Shown here: in pieces, positions 50,505-61,456 of the stretch
Layout of the letters: every line of letters starts with the position of its first letter
Position numbering within the stretch: position 1 is the stretch's first letter
Assembly (NCBI RefSeq): GCF_000497125.1
Contig: NC_090599.1
Coordinates: 744,001-808,000 of the forward strand
DNA length: 64,000 nucleotides
From: Spironucleus salmonicida
Taxonomy: Eukaryota
Reading direction: 5' to 3'
The notes under the pieces: model-generated
Databases searched by the model: none
Seen by the model: only the letters and a program-made list of their open reading frames with translations
What the model was told of the DNA's origin: nothing
Made by a program: the position numbers and the translations under genes

Positions 50505-50886
50505 GAGGTGGTGTGGTGGCGCGAATTGAATTTGAATTCACAGGACGCACTTTGAATTTCAATTCAATTTTGCGCTGGAAGGGGACAGGACCCTAAAGGG
50601 AGGCGATTGCTGGCGGTCTCAGATGGCGGGCAGTGGGGTAGCTGGGCCCGGCCCGGCCATTGGACCCCTCTGGCGGAAGTAGAGGGCAGGGTATGCGGAC
50701 AGGAGGCCCCGCGAAGCCCGCTGGGCCTACGCGCTGGGGCAGCCTTGCAGGAGCCGAGCCGGGAAGTACTGCGCAGCCGAGGTCGGCACCTGCCGCTCCC
50801 CTGCGGTCCGCGCGAAGGGGCCGTCTCCCGTGCCCGCTATATGGTACGTATTCTACGACACCGCCCGCGGCCTCACCCTTCCCCGA

Positions 50887-51285
50887 ATGAGGCAGAACCC
50901 CAGGATGCCGAGATCCTACATCGCCCGCCGTCTGGTGAAGGACCTGGCATATTTCCGCGCGTTCCAGTCGGTCCTGGAGCAGGAAGGCTACACCGCCAAC
51001 TCCCCGCAGGTGGCCTGCTTAATCTACGAGTGGATCCGGCAGAGCGGCGAGCTGTGCCTGAACGACAGGTTCATGGCCAGAGTGGCCGACCAGTTCAATG
51101 ACATGAAGAACAAGCGGGGCAAGAACGCACTGCACGATCTGGACAACGATACCAACATGTCCAACACGGCGGCGGCCCAGTACTACATGAAAACGTTCAG
51201 CAACCACTACGGGTCGATGGCGGACAACAGGGAGCGCTACATGTGTGACACCTACGACTGGTTCGTCTCCAGGCAGTCCAAGTGA
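50887..51285 (+). CDS. Hypothetical protein (132 aa)
   Basis: ATG preceded by TATA-like and C-rich tract; GC3 bias; ends AAG-TGA. Confidence 0.7.
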   Translation: MRQNPRMPRSYIARRLVKDLAYFRAFQSVLEQEGYTANSPQVACLIYEWIRQSGELCLNDRFMARVADQFNDMKNKRGKNALHDLDNDTNMSNTAAAQYYMKTFSNHYGSMADNRERYMCDTYDWFVSRQSK

Positions 51286-51312
51286 GGTCTCTCGCCCACG
51301 AATGCCAAAAAG

Positions 51313-51386
51313 TAGCTGCAGTGAGGATTGAACTCACGACCCCTAGCTTATGAGACTAATGCTCTAACCGACTGAGCTATGCAGCC
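51313..51386 (-). tRNA. tRNA-Met (CAT), elongator type
   Basis: GGCTGCA/TGCAGCT acceptor stem, D-arm TAGCTCAGTCGGTTAGAGC, anticodon loop CTCATAA, T-loop TTCAATC. Confidence 0.95.
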
Positions 51387-51428
51387 ACGTGACCAGACCC
51401 CGGGGAACGATCCCGCAGGAGGCCCGAA

Positions 51429-51620
51429 ATGCCGCCCTCTATCCCGGAGTTCCTTAGAGGCGTTGCCGCCCCCGGCTGCCCGGCGGAGATACCGGTTGCC
51501 CCGGCCTCTGGCATCACATAGGGCTCGTATGAGGATTATATCCTCAGGATGAACGCCCTTGAGCAGGACGTGATGGCGAGGTACCGTGCCGACATAGACC
51601 GCCTCTTGGCCCCGAAGTGA
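51429..51620 (+). CDS. Small hypothetical protein (63 aa)
   Basis: MPPSIPEFLRG...RYRADIDRLLAPK, ends AAG-TGA. Confidence 0.5.
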
Positions 51621-51786
51621 GTTGGTATTCGCCTTCATTTTGGCTGCGCGACGGCTGCTGCAGCTAAATCGCAGGGTGTAGCCATGCGCTTCGGGCTTGC
51701 CTCACGGGCGAATGCACCCAGACGAGGGCGCAGCGTTCCGCGAACGGCACCTGCGCATCTGACTATAAATAAACCGCGTAAACCGA

Positions 51787-53049
51787 TCATACCTGCTGCT
51801 GAATATCGTCGCCATGCAGCTGTCCATCATCTTAGCCCATCCCTTCAATATGGCAGAAGCATCGCTCCACATCGGCCATTGCTTCTACCTCGTCCTAGAT
51901 CTCCTAGCAGATTTGGTGCGCGACGTCAACCGTCATATTGTCATCCACTCCGACGATGAACTCCACTGTCCTCAGCCCCCCTTGGGCGTACACTAGTACG
52001 CGCTTGATGCTCCCGATTAAGGTACTGGAGATACACGTTGACAGCACCCTTTGCACATAGCATGTGCAGTCCTCGGGCAGGAGCGTCTACCCCGCCAAGC
52101 TTTTCATCATTTCAACCCCATTCTTCGTCCAGTTCCCGAAAATAAATAGGCAGAGGCCGGCACTCACGGCTGGGTCGCAATACCGCCAATTCCCCCCGAG
52201 CTGGGTGAGCCATACACCGAACAGCGATATCGAGTTGGTGAGCACGTCGTTGCGATGATCGTCCCTGTACGCGCAGAGAGCATCGTTTGGAGACGTAGAC
52301 TTTCGTGCCGTGAGCAGGCAGAACAGAAATAGAGCTAGTTTGAGTAAAATTGTGAAAAGCATTATGGCAATTGGTGCGGCAGAAAAGTCAATTGCCGGAG
52401 CACGGTTGTTCCATACGTCCAGAATAACTTTAATTGACTCCTGAAACAAGAGCAGCGCCAGGACGGACATGATGCAGGAGAATGCCAGCACGCCCAGGCT
52501 CTCGTAGCGGGTCGAGTACAAAATTTTAGTATGGCGGTTCGAGTGGACGAACTGTTGGTAGGCTCCCCGCTATATCCCCTTTCGGGCCATTTTCAGAGCG
52601 ATGAACAGCACTAGGCCCGATAGGATGTCCAGGGCGGAGTCCACCATCGAGGCCATCACAGACATTGAGCGCGACAGAGCAAGCGCCACCATCTTAAGCA
52701 GCAGCAGGCAGATATTACTCCCAAACGACGCGTTAATCAAAATTCTCGCCATGTCGCACGTCCTGGGGGCTTCCTAAAATGAGTGTGGCCCGAACTGCGC
52801 ACCGATCAGCTGCTTGTATCCGCAGTCGCTGCCTGGACACTTAGCCGCACCCTTCTTGAGCTTTTTGTGCATGTAGCTCCGCTCTTCCTCGCTCAGGCCC
52901 GCCGTTCTGGACGGCAGCTCCTTGCAGTACGCTAGCAGGCTCTCGTCCCCGAGGCACCTGCATCCGCTGCCGAGCTCACACGTGGTGGGAACCTGCAGCG
53001 ACTCGCGCGGTGCCAGGCCGCTGAACTGCGCAGGAAGCCCGAGCAGCAT
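51787..53049 (-). CDS. Cation diffusion facilitator, Mn-CDF/MTP type (420 aa)
   Basis: Three listed ORFs join through TAG; DSALD and DHRND metal-site motifs, RYESLG, C-terminal AHQI...VERCFCHIE dimerisation domain. Confidence 0.92.
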
Positions 53050-53240
53050 TTTAGAGTGGGCGACCGGGTGTATACAATGCTAAGTAGCACCTTGCATGGC
53101 GCTATTGGCGGAATCGCTGGACATCTATTTCCTCACTCCTGGCCGCCACCGCACGTGCAGATTAGGCTGACGGGCAGACCATGGTGCCTGCGCTTAGCGC
53201 GTACCGGGCATGCTCCGTCTAGCACACCGCACCGCCCACC

Positions 53241-54530
53241 TCACTGCTGCAGCCTCACCGCCGCCGCCTCCATCACAAAAACCGCCAGCACCGCCAGCGA
53301 AACTGCTACCGCGACAATGCGAGTTTCGTCGAGCCCCATCGCCTCCTGACCCCGAAAATCTACCGCGCTGTGCACCACCACAGGGGGCGAGAACGACGTC
53401 CGATGGCTGCCAATGAGCGCGGGCTGGTGCCTGATAACGCTACCAGGCGCAAAAGGGGACGTGCGGTTCGTGGCAGAGCTGTTATTCTGAAGGCACGCTA
53501 CGCGTTAGAACGTAAACTCGGCGACAGAGGTCTAGCAGATCAGCCTACTGGCAGGGCCTGCGCTGCGCTGCAAGCTTTACTGGGCGCGGGTAGGCGTGCT
53601 GCCGGAGTACCTAGCGCGGCATCGCGCCGAGGCACCTGGGAGGAACACAGGGCGCACCACACGACCGGGGGCGTACCTGCCCTCTTCTCGGAGGACGCTC
53701 CCGTCTTTGTCCAAACCGCGCAATAAGGTCAGCGCATCGCACACTGCTGGCCCTAGCAGCAGGCCAGGCCGAGGCTTCTGGAACTAAATCATAATGGACG
53801 CCACTCCGGGCATCGCTGCCGCCGCGCGCGAGTCGCCAGGCTGGGCGGTCATGAGAATGGGTGAGGCGTGCACGTTCACTGCGGCAAGCAGACCCGCACC
53901 TGTCCTCGTTAGGTCGCCAGCGGCCTAGAGGAAGTCCGCAGAGGCGGAGCCAAGGCCAGTTATCGCATCCAGGCACTGGCTGCTAGCGGCGGCAGACAAG
54001 GTTACCGGCGTGGACGCCTATTTCCAGCGAGAGGAGTCCGTCAGCTACCAGTCCAGAGCTGGTCCGAGCCGCAAGGTTCGGTCTCGGGCAAGCTGCGCGC
54101 GGAAGTCGCGCATCTGCTCTAGAGTCTAGGGCGGGGAGCCGGCAGGGCAGCTCGGGGGATTCTCCTTCCAGCCGGCGGTTGTGCCGACGAGGGTTGTCTG
54201 GACCGCGGCCGGCTGCTTCCCAACTGGCATGGTCTACGCTACGGTAGAACGCCGCGCCATTGCCGTAAACACCGCGCTGCCGCTGCAGAGAGAATTCCGG
54301 CGCAGCAGCAGGTCCGAGAAATGGCGAACCTCCGCCAGCAGGGATTCTACATCGGCGCCGGCCAGGTACCTGCGGGCTGCTGTTGGCACAGTCTCGGTGG
54401 ATGCCGAGCAGTTAGGCGCGGGGGCGGATCGGTTGTCTAGCGGCACGGTAGGCTAGGACTGCGGCACTCCTCCACTCAGCTGCGCGCCCGCCTTGGGGCA
54501 GACCGCCGCCTCAAAGAGCAAGGCCAGCAT
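53241..54530 (-). CDS. Hypothetical type-I membrane protein (429 aa)
   Basis: MLALLFEAAVC... after a C-rich motif, TGA-free frame, C-terminal IVAVAVSLAVLAVFVM helix, ends CAG-TGA. Confidence 0.6.
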
Positions 54531-54978
54531 TATTCTGCGGGCGAGAGTTGTGCCCATCAGTTATTGTGCCTGGGTGCCATATATACTGTTGTAGCCTGCG
54601 GGTAGTTTCTTGAGTATATAGGGTATGCCCATATAATTACTAAATGTGGGAGTATCCGCAGATTCTAGTCTCGAGTATTCTTGCGCTAAAGTATATATTT
54701 GAGCTTCTCTAGTTTCTTCGACTGCGGCGTGGGAATTTACGTATGTCCGGAATCGGCCCCTGCTGCACCCTGTGTTCGCTGAGGAGCGCGACTGGGCCAG
54801 ATTACATGCCTCCCTGCAGAAGCCCGCCGGCCGGGAGCGCCCACCTGCCCTTAAGGGTTGCCGTTCGCTGACGTCCCCGTCTCTGCAGCGGAGGTAGGGA
54901 CGTCCGCCGTGCAGAAAATAGTAAAGTATCCCTTCACCGGCCGAGCGGGCTGTAACACAGGTCAACTCTGCGCTGCCC

Positions 54979-55976
54979 GTCGTCTGGTATGCGCTCAGCA
55001 GGCTCGTGAACTCATCGAGGCGGCAGAAGGTCTGGGCCGCGCAGTGCAGCGTCGTGACCGGCGCCCCGAGGTACCGCACGCGCACCAGGTCCTGCTGGTG
55101 CAGCTCGATCTGGACGTCCGCCGCGAAGCCGGGCTGGCCGCAGTCCCAGCTGCCGTTGGTGAGCACGGCCATCAGGGGTGCGAGAGTCGTGTCGTGGGCC
55201 GTGACGAGGTGGAGCTTGCGGCTGTCCGCGGTCAGCTTGTGGATGATGTCCGCGAACACGGGCCCCACGTTCATCTTGACGACCTTCGTGGCGTTGGTCT
55301 GGTCCGCGCTGCAGAACCACTGCTTCCAGTACATGTCGTTCGCGGCTTCGATTTTCTAGTAGGTGCTATTTGTTACTATGGCAGGCAAAGGATCCCCGCG
55401 CCCCGTTATGGCACGCAGCGCATCCCAAATGCGATTCCAGTCAAAGTTAGGAGTCTTAAGAGCAGCATTGACCTGATCAAGCTCCGCCTTCAGGGGGAAC
55501 AGCGAGGCGTGCGTGACGTAGTTGGCCTCCTGGAACGCCGCCTGCCACGGGCACGGGTACGGCGGGTGGTAGCCGTCCGCGAGGCTCTCCGCGGTGTCCA
55601 CGCGGAACTGGGCGGTGCCCGGGAAGAGGACCGCGAGCTGGCCCAGCAGGGACGCGCGCGTGCGGCTGGTGTTCGTGGACCGCAGCCCCACCTCCGCGGG
55701 GTCGAAGCGCGCGGAGACGAAGCCCGAGTCCACGTAGTCCCGCTTCAGCCGCCGGGCCAGCGCCTGGTGCTGCCGGAAGCCGTTGCGGACCAGCTCGCCA
55801 GGGGGGCAAGGGGCCGGCGTGGAGGTGTTGAGGATGATCCGCTGGGCGTCGTACGCGATCTGCTCCGGCAGGTCGCACTGCCACGCGGGGACGATCGCGG
55901 TGATCATGACCCCTTTCTTCCTTTTGCCGCGAACTGTCGGGTGCTGAGCTTTCGGCTGAGCTGGCTGGAGCGCCAT
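54979..55976 (-). pseudogene. Acid phosphatase copy lacking TM anchor and RHG motif; frame stays open to 53241
   Basis: 54979-55895 nearly identical to 45470-46386; 144-bp in-frame deletion relative to the intact gene. Confidence 0.8.
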
Positions 55977-56536
55977 TTACAGTCGAGCGGGAAGCGGATA
56001 TAGTGCGGCTCGGGAGGCCTGGTGCTAGGGCCTTGGCGAATCCAGGCGCATTCCCTCCCATACTAGGACAAGGAAGCAGCGCTAGCTTATCAGCTTCTGA
56101 ACAGGAGCAGGGCACCTCCCCACTGCAACAACGGGCTTTCCGGCCAGAAGGATGGTGAAGTATCCTCGATCGCACGCGGACATGTATGTTCGGTACTGCG
56201 TTTCGGGGTGTAGAAAAAGTAAAACACACTCACCGAGGGCCCGTCTGGGGTGCTGCCGACCAGTACCGCATCTGGGGCAATTACCAGGCCCGGCAGCAGG
56301 TTCTCCACTATGCCGTACGACGAAGCTGCAGATAGGCCGCACTCCTCTGCGGAGCTGCCCACGTGCAATGCCTTCTCCAGCGTGGGCCGCCAAAACCCCA
56401 CCCACTCTGAGCGATATCATGGCAGGCGCCGCGCCGGATAACCAAGCACTCGAGCGGCCCGTGTCAACCTGTACCGCCCAGACTGTCCTGGGCCGCCGGC
56501 AGGGCTCTGTAGCTTGGGCGAGGGAGAGTGACGCGC

Positions 56537-57049
56537 TCACTGCAGGCAGAACGGCTCCGCGGCCAGGAGCTCGCGCTGGATGGTGGGCACGAAGCCGGCC
56601 TTCTGCTTGGCGCTCGTGGCGCGCGTCCGGGGCCGCGGGGCGAGGTCCTCCACGCGCATCTCGTCGCGGAAGGCGCCCCGGCGGAAGCCCTTGGGTCTGG
56701 GGGCCTTGCTGGTCGCTGCCGCTGCAGGCGGCGCCGGCTTCCCCTTGGCGGACTTCGCCCGCTGCCGCACCTGCTTCGGGGCCACGCGCGCCGGGGCCAT
56801 GGTGCTGGTGTCAGCTGCGGAGGACGCCTGCTGGGAGCTGCTGTGCAGCACCATGTCGCTCAGGGGCGCCGCGACCGGCACCGGGGGCGCGAGGTCCGAG
56901 AGCACAATGGAGCCCTGCAGCTGCCGGTACACCCGCGCCGTGGGCTGGGGCTGCGCGGACCGCCGCACGCTGAAGGCCGCGGAGGCGCCGAGCCGGGAGC
57001 CGGAGCGCTGGAGGAGGGACTCGTTGAGCACCTTCGCGACGACGTCCAT
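56537..57049 (-). CDS. Hypothetical low-complexity basic protein (170 aa), copy 2
   Basis: Paralogue of 38691-39191. Confidence 0.75.
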   Translation of the reverse strand: MDVVAKVLNESLLQRSGSRLGASAAFSVRRSAQPQPTARVYRQLQGSIVLSDLAPPVPVAAPLSDMVLHSSSQQASSAADTSTMAPARVAPKQVRQRAKSAKGKPAPPAAAATSKAPRPKGFRRGAFRDEMRVEDLAPRPRTRATSAKQKAGFVPTIQRELLAAEPFCLQ

Positions 57050-57108
57050 TTTGGGCGGTAGGCTATTATGCGGGTATTACCAGTCCGGGCGAATTGCACC
57101 AGCTGCCT

Positions 57109-57522
57109 TCACTTCACGCCGCGCCGGTTGCGGGGCCGGCTCTGCTGCACGAGGTGCGTGGGGAAGCCCCGCCGCAGCGCGGCCTCGCTGCTGATGTTCT
57201 AGCCACCCTCCTGGCTCTCCCTAGAAACCATGTACGCGTGGATCTTCCGCTCGTAGTCCAGCGGCTTCTGGTTCAGGTGCAGGATGTTCTCGTTGTCGAT
57301 CATCCGCTTCTTCGCCGTCTTCCCCCTCCTAAAGGTGGCCTGCAAGGCGGTGTCCGGGCGCTGGGAGCTCTCCAGCACCTGGGTCTCCGCAAGGATGGGG
57401 TGCGGGGGGTCAGGGGCGCGCAGCGGCTGCCCCTGGTGCTGGCTGAGCAGAAACGAGAAGGAGATGGACTGCGCGTAGGCCTGGAGGTTCTGCTGCGCGT
57501 ACTGCGATTTTGCCGTAGGCAT
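57109..57522 (-). CDS. Hypothetical basic protein (137 aa), copy 2
   Basis: Paralogue of 38218-38631 with GAG->TAG (E->Q) at 57199-57201. Confidence 0.75.
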
Positions 57523-57664
57523 TTTGGAGCGGGAGGGCGTTAATTTAGAGACCGAGAAGCGGCGAATGTGGGCTGACCCCGTTTTCTAGCGCTTCCAGCC
57601 GGGGACAACATGTTGCCGCTTTGCTCGCCCCCGAATCCCGACTTACGCCAAACATGAATACACC

Positions 57665-60535
57665 TCACCTCACGCCCACCAGGACGAACAGGACCACCAA
57701 AATCACGCCCAAAAACGTGAGGTTTATGATTTGATTTCGCAATTCCACTCCCTCCTGCTCAAGCGCCTGCCGCTCCTTTTCCGCCAAATTCAGCTCCTTC
57801 TTCTGCTCGAGAAGCGCCCTGTTGGCCGCGCTGAGCTGCTGCTTGAAGGCCGCGAGTTTGTTGCCCTGGCTCGCGAGGAGCTGGCTCCTGAACGCGCTAA
57901 CGGAGGCCCCCAGCGACTCGCTAACCGGGATCGCGTTGCTGGCCAGAATTTCAGCCTTGATGGCAGCAATTTTGTCTGTTATTTGCACCGTGTTTTTGGC
58001 AACCTGCTCTTTCTAAATATTTAATTATTATATATAGAATATCAAATTTTTCCGCTCCACCTCCTTTTTCAGATTCAGCAAAACAGCGCCCTGGACGTCT
58101 TTCTGCGCCTGCAGCGTTTTCGCGGTTTCCTGGAGCCGAGGCTCCAGCTCACAGATTCTGATATAGAGCTGAAATTGTTGTTTTTTCAGCGCCAGCGCTT
58201 CGATTTCGGTGCTGTTTTAGTCTAAACAGCGTTTTTGGACCGTCAAAATGGCCAGCAGGCGCTGTTCCTCTGCCGAGTTCTGCGCTAGTTGGTCCGTTAT
58301 ATCAGTTCGTGGAAATGGCGGAACGGGTTCTATTTGGTGGTATGTTGATATATGTGGGTATGCTGGCTCTGGTGCTTCCTCGGAGTGGGCTGGCTCTGGT
58401 ACTTCCTCGGAGTGGGCTGGCTCTGGTACTTCCTCGGAGTGGGCTGGCTCTGGTACTTCATCGGAGTGGGCTGGCTCTGGTACTTCCTCGGAGTGGGCTG
58501 GCTCTGGTACTTCCTATGTGTAAGCTGGCTCTGGTACTTCCTCGGAGTGGGCTGGCTCTGGTACTTCCTCGGAGTGGGCTGGCTCTGGTGCTTCCTCGGA
58601 GTGGGCTGGCTCTGGTACTTCCTCGGAGTAGGCTGGCTCTGGTACTTCATCGGAGTAAGCTGGCTCTGGTACTTCCTCGGAGTGGGCTGGCTCTGGTACT
58701 TCCTATGTGTAAGCTGGCTCTGGTACTTCCTCGGAGTGGGCTGGCTCTGGTACTTCCTCGGAGTGGGCTGGCTCTGGTACTTCCTCGGAGTGGGCTGGCT
58801 CTGGTGCTTCCTCGGAGTGGGCTGGCTCTGGTACTTCCTCGGAGTGGGCTGGCTCTGGTGCTTCCTCGGAGTAGGCTGGCTCTGGTACTTCCTATGTGTA
58901 AGCTGGCTCTGGTACTTCCTCGGAGTGGGCTGGCTCTGGTACTTCCTCGGAGTGGGCTGGCTCTGGTACTTCCTCGGAGTGGGCTGGCTCTGGTGCTTCC
59001 TCGGAGTGGGCTGGCTCTGGTACTTCCTCGGAGTGGGCTGGCTCTGGTGCTTCCTCGGAGTAGGCTGGCTCTGGTACTTCCTATGTGTAAGCTGGCTCTG
59101 GTGCTTCCTCGGAGTAGGCTGGCTCTGGTACTTCATCGGAGTAGGCTGGCTCTGGTGCTTCCTATGTGTAAGCTGGCTCTGGTACTTCCTCGGAGTGGGC
59201 TGGCTCTGGTGCTTCCTCGGAGTAGGCTGGCTCTGGTACTTCCTATGTGTAAGCTGGCTCTGGTACTTCATCGGAGTAGGCTGGCTCTGGTACTTCATCG
59301 GAGTGGGATGGCTCTGGTACTTCATCGGAGTGGGCTGGCTCTGGTACTTCATCGGAGTAGGCTGGCTCTGGTACTTCCTATGTGTAAGCTGGCTCTGGTA
59401 CTTCCTCGGAGTGGGCTGGCTCTGGTGCTTCCTCGGAGTAGGCTGGCTCTGGTACTTCCTATGTGTAAGCTGGCTCTGGTACTTCATCGGAGTAGGCTGG
59501 CTCTGGTACTTCCTATGTGTAAGCTGGCTCTGGTACTTCCTCGGAGTGGGCTGGCTCTGGTGCTTCCTCGGAGTAGGCTGGCTCTGGTACTTCCTATGTG
59601 TAAGCTGGCTCTGGTACTTCATCGGAGTAGGCTGGCTCTGGTACTTCCTATGTGTAAGCTGGCTCTGGTACTTCATCGGAGTAGGCTGGCTCTGGTACTT
59701 CCTATGTGTAAGCTGGCTCTGGTACTTCCTCGGAGTGGGCTGGCTCTGGTACTTCCTCGGAGTGGGCTGGCTCTGGTGCTTCCTCGGAGTAGGCTGGCTC
59801 TGGTACTTCCTATGTGTAAGCTGGCTCTGGTACTTCATCGGAGTAGGCTGGCTCTGGTACTTCCTATGTGTAAGCTGGCTCTGGTACTTCCTCGGAGTGG
59901 GCTGGCTCTGGTGCTTCCTCGGAGTAGGCTGGATCTGGTACTTCATCGGAGTGGGCTGGCTCTGGTACTTCCTCGGAGTGGGCTGGCTCTGGTGCTTCCT
60001 CGGAGTAGGCTGGTTCTGGTACTTCCTCGGAGTGGGCTGGCTCTGGTGCTTCCTCGGAGTAGGCTGGATCTGGTACTTCATCGGAGTGGGCTGGCTCTGG
60101 TGCTTCCTCGGAGTAGGCTGGCTCTGGTACTTCCTCGGAGTGGGCTGGCTCTGGTACTTCCTATGTGTAAGCTGGCTCTGGTACTTCCTCGGAGTGGGCT
60201 GGCTCTGGTACTTCCTCGGAGTGGGCTGGCTCTGGTACTTCCTCGGAGTGGGCTGGCTCTGGTACTTCCTATGTGTAAGCTGGCTCTGGTACTTCCTCGG
60301 AGTGGGCTGGCTCTGGTGCTTCCTCGGAGTAGGCTGGCTCTGGTACTTCCTCGGAGTGGGCTGGCTCTGGTGCTTCCTCGGAGTAGGCTGGATCTGGTAC
60401 TTCATCGGAGTGGGCTGGCTCTGGTACTTCCTCGGAGTGGGCTGGCTCTGGTGCTTCATCGGAGTAGGCTGGCTCTGGTATAATGTCTTATTCTTCAGAT
60501 AAAACTTAACTACTTAAAATACTTGATTACGACAT
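57665..60535 (-). CDS. Tail-anchored protein with ~88 acidic Pro-rich 8-aa repeats and a coiled coil (956 aa)
   Basis: MSQSSILSSQVLSEEQDII-(PEPA[HY][ST][EDQ]E[VA])n-coiled coil-FLGVILVVLFVLVGVR-TGA; this frame contains TAG and is absent from the ORF track. Confidence 0.85.
58363..60480. repeat. 24-bp tandem minisatellite, about 88 units
   Basis: Unit ctggctctggtacttcctcggagtggg-type with a few recurring variants (tatgtgtaag, catcgg, gtgctt, agtagg). Confidence 0.98.
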
Positions 60536-60943
60536 TTTCAATTAATTATAGTTTAATATTATTTAATAATAAATAGTATTATTTTGTCAAATTATTACCT
60601 AGGATATAACTATAAAATGTATTATAATCTTATTTTTACATGCAGTATTTTAACTTAAAAATTGAGTAAATAAATTTTCATTCAAATAGTAGCTTCTAAT
60701 ACATCTTATCCAATTCGTGTATAAATAAAGTAAACAGGTGATTATTTTCATTATTTCAACTCCATTTAAGTTGAAAATTGCTAAGAACTGATAAAATATC
60801 AGCAGCGAGGCCGCGCTGCGGCGGGGCTTCCCCACGCACCTCGTGCAGCAGAGCCGGCCCCGCAACCGGCGCGGCGTGAAGTGAAGGCAGCTGGTGCAAT
60901 TCGCCCGGACTGGTAATACCCGCATAATAGCCTACCGCCCAAA

Positions 60944-61456
60944 ATGGACGTCGTCGCGAAGGTGCTCAACGAGTCCCTCCTCCAGCGCTCCGGCTCCCGG
61001 CTCGGCGCCTCCGCGGCCTTCAGCGTGCGGCGGTCCGCGCAGCCCCAGCCCACGGCGCGGGTGTACCGGCAGCTGCAGGGCTCCATTGTGCTCTCGGACC
61101 TCGCGCCCCCGGTGCCGGTCGCGGCGCCCCTGAGCGACATGGTGCTGCACAGCAGCTCCCAGCAGGCGTCCTCCGCAGCTGACACCAGCACCATGGCCCC
61201 GGCGCGCGTGGCCCCGAAGCAGGTGCGGCAGCGGGCGAAGTCCGCCAAGGGGAAGCCGGCGCCGCCTGCAGCGGCAGCGACCAGCAAGGCCCCCAGACCC
61301 AAGGGCTTCCGCCGGGGCGCCTTCCGCGACGAGATGCGCGTGGAGGACCTCGCCCCGCGGCCCCGGACGCGCGCCACGAGCGCCAAGCAGAAGGCCGGCT
61401 TCGTGCCCACCATCCAGCGCGAGCTCCTGGCCGCGGAGCCGTTCTGCCTGCAGTGA
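60944..61456 (+). CDS. Hypothetical low-complexity basic protein (170 aa), copy 3
   Basis: Mirror of 56537-57049. Confidence 0.75.
   Translation: MDVVAKVLNESLLQRSGSRLGASAAFSVRRSAQPQPTARVYRQLQGSIVLSDLAPPVPVAAPLSDMVLHSSSQQASSAADTSTMAPARVAPKQVRQRAKSAKGKPAPPAAAATSKAPRPKGFRRGAFRDEMRVEDLAPRPRTRATSAKQKAGFVPTIQRELLAAEPFCLQ

Larger units (their letters stand above)
53992..57195. repeat. Inverted duplication 2, left arm (outer limit not visible)
   Basis: Reverse complement of 60798-64000; coordinates sum to 117992/117993. Confidence 0.97.

Noticed and set aside
51348-51638. 96-aa minus-strand ORF
   Set aside because: Runs into the tRNA-Met gene; the plus-strand 63-aa ORF ending AAG-TGA is the better call.
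58363-60480. CRISPR array
   Set aside because: Head-to-tail units with no unique spacers, no cas genes and a eukaryotic context.
58309-60502. Three ~700-aa listed ORFs across the minisatellite (LALVLPRSG, GVGWLWYFL, KYQSQPTPR)
   Set aside because: Shadow frames of a stop-free 24-bp repeat; only the unlisted minus frame joins a start to the coiled coil and TM tail.
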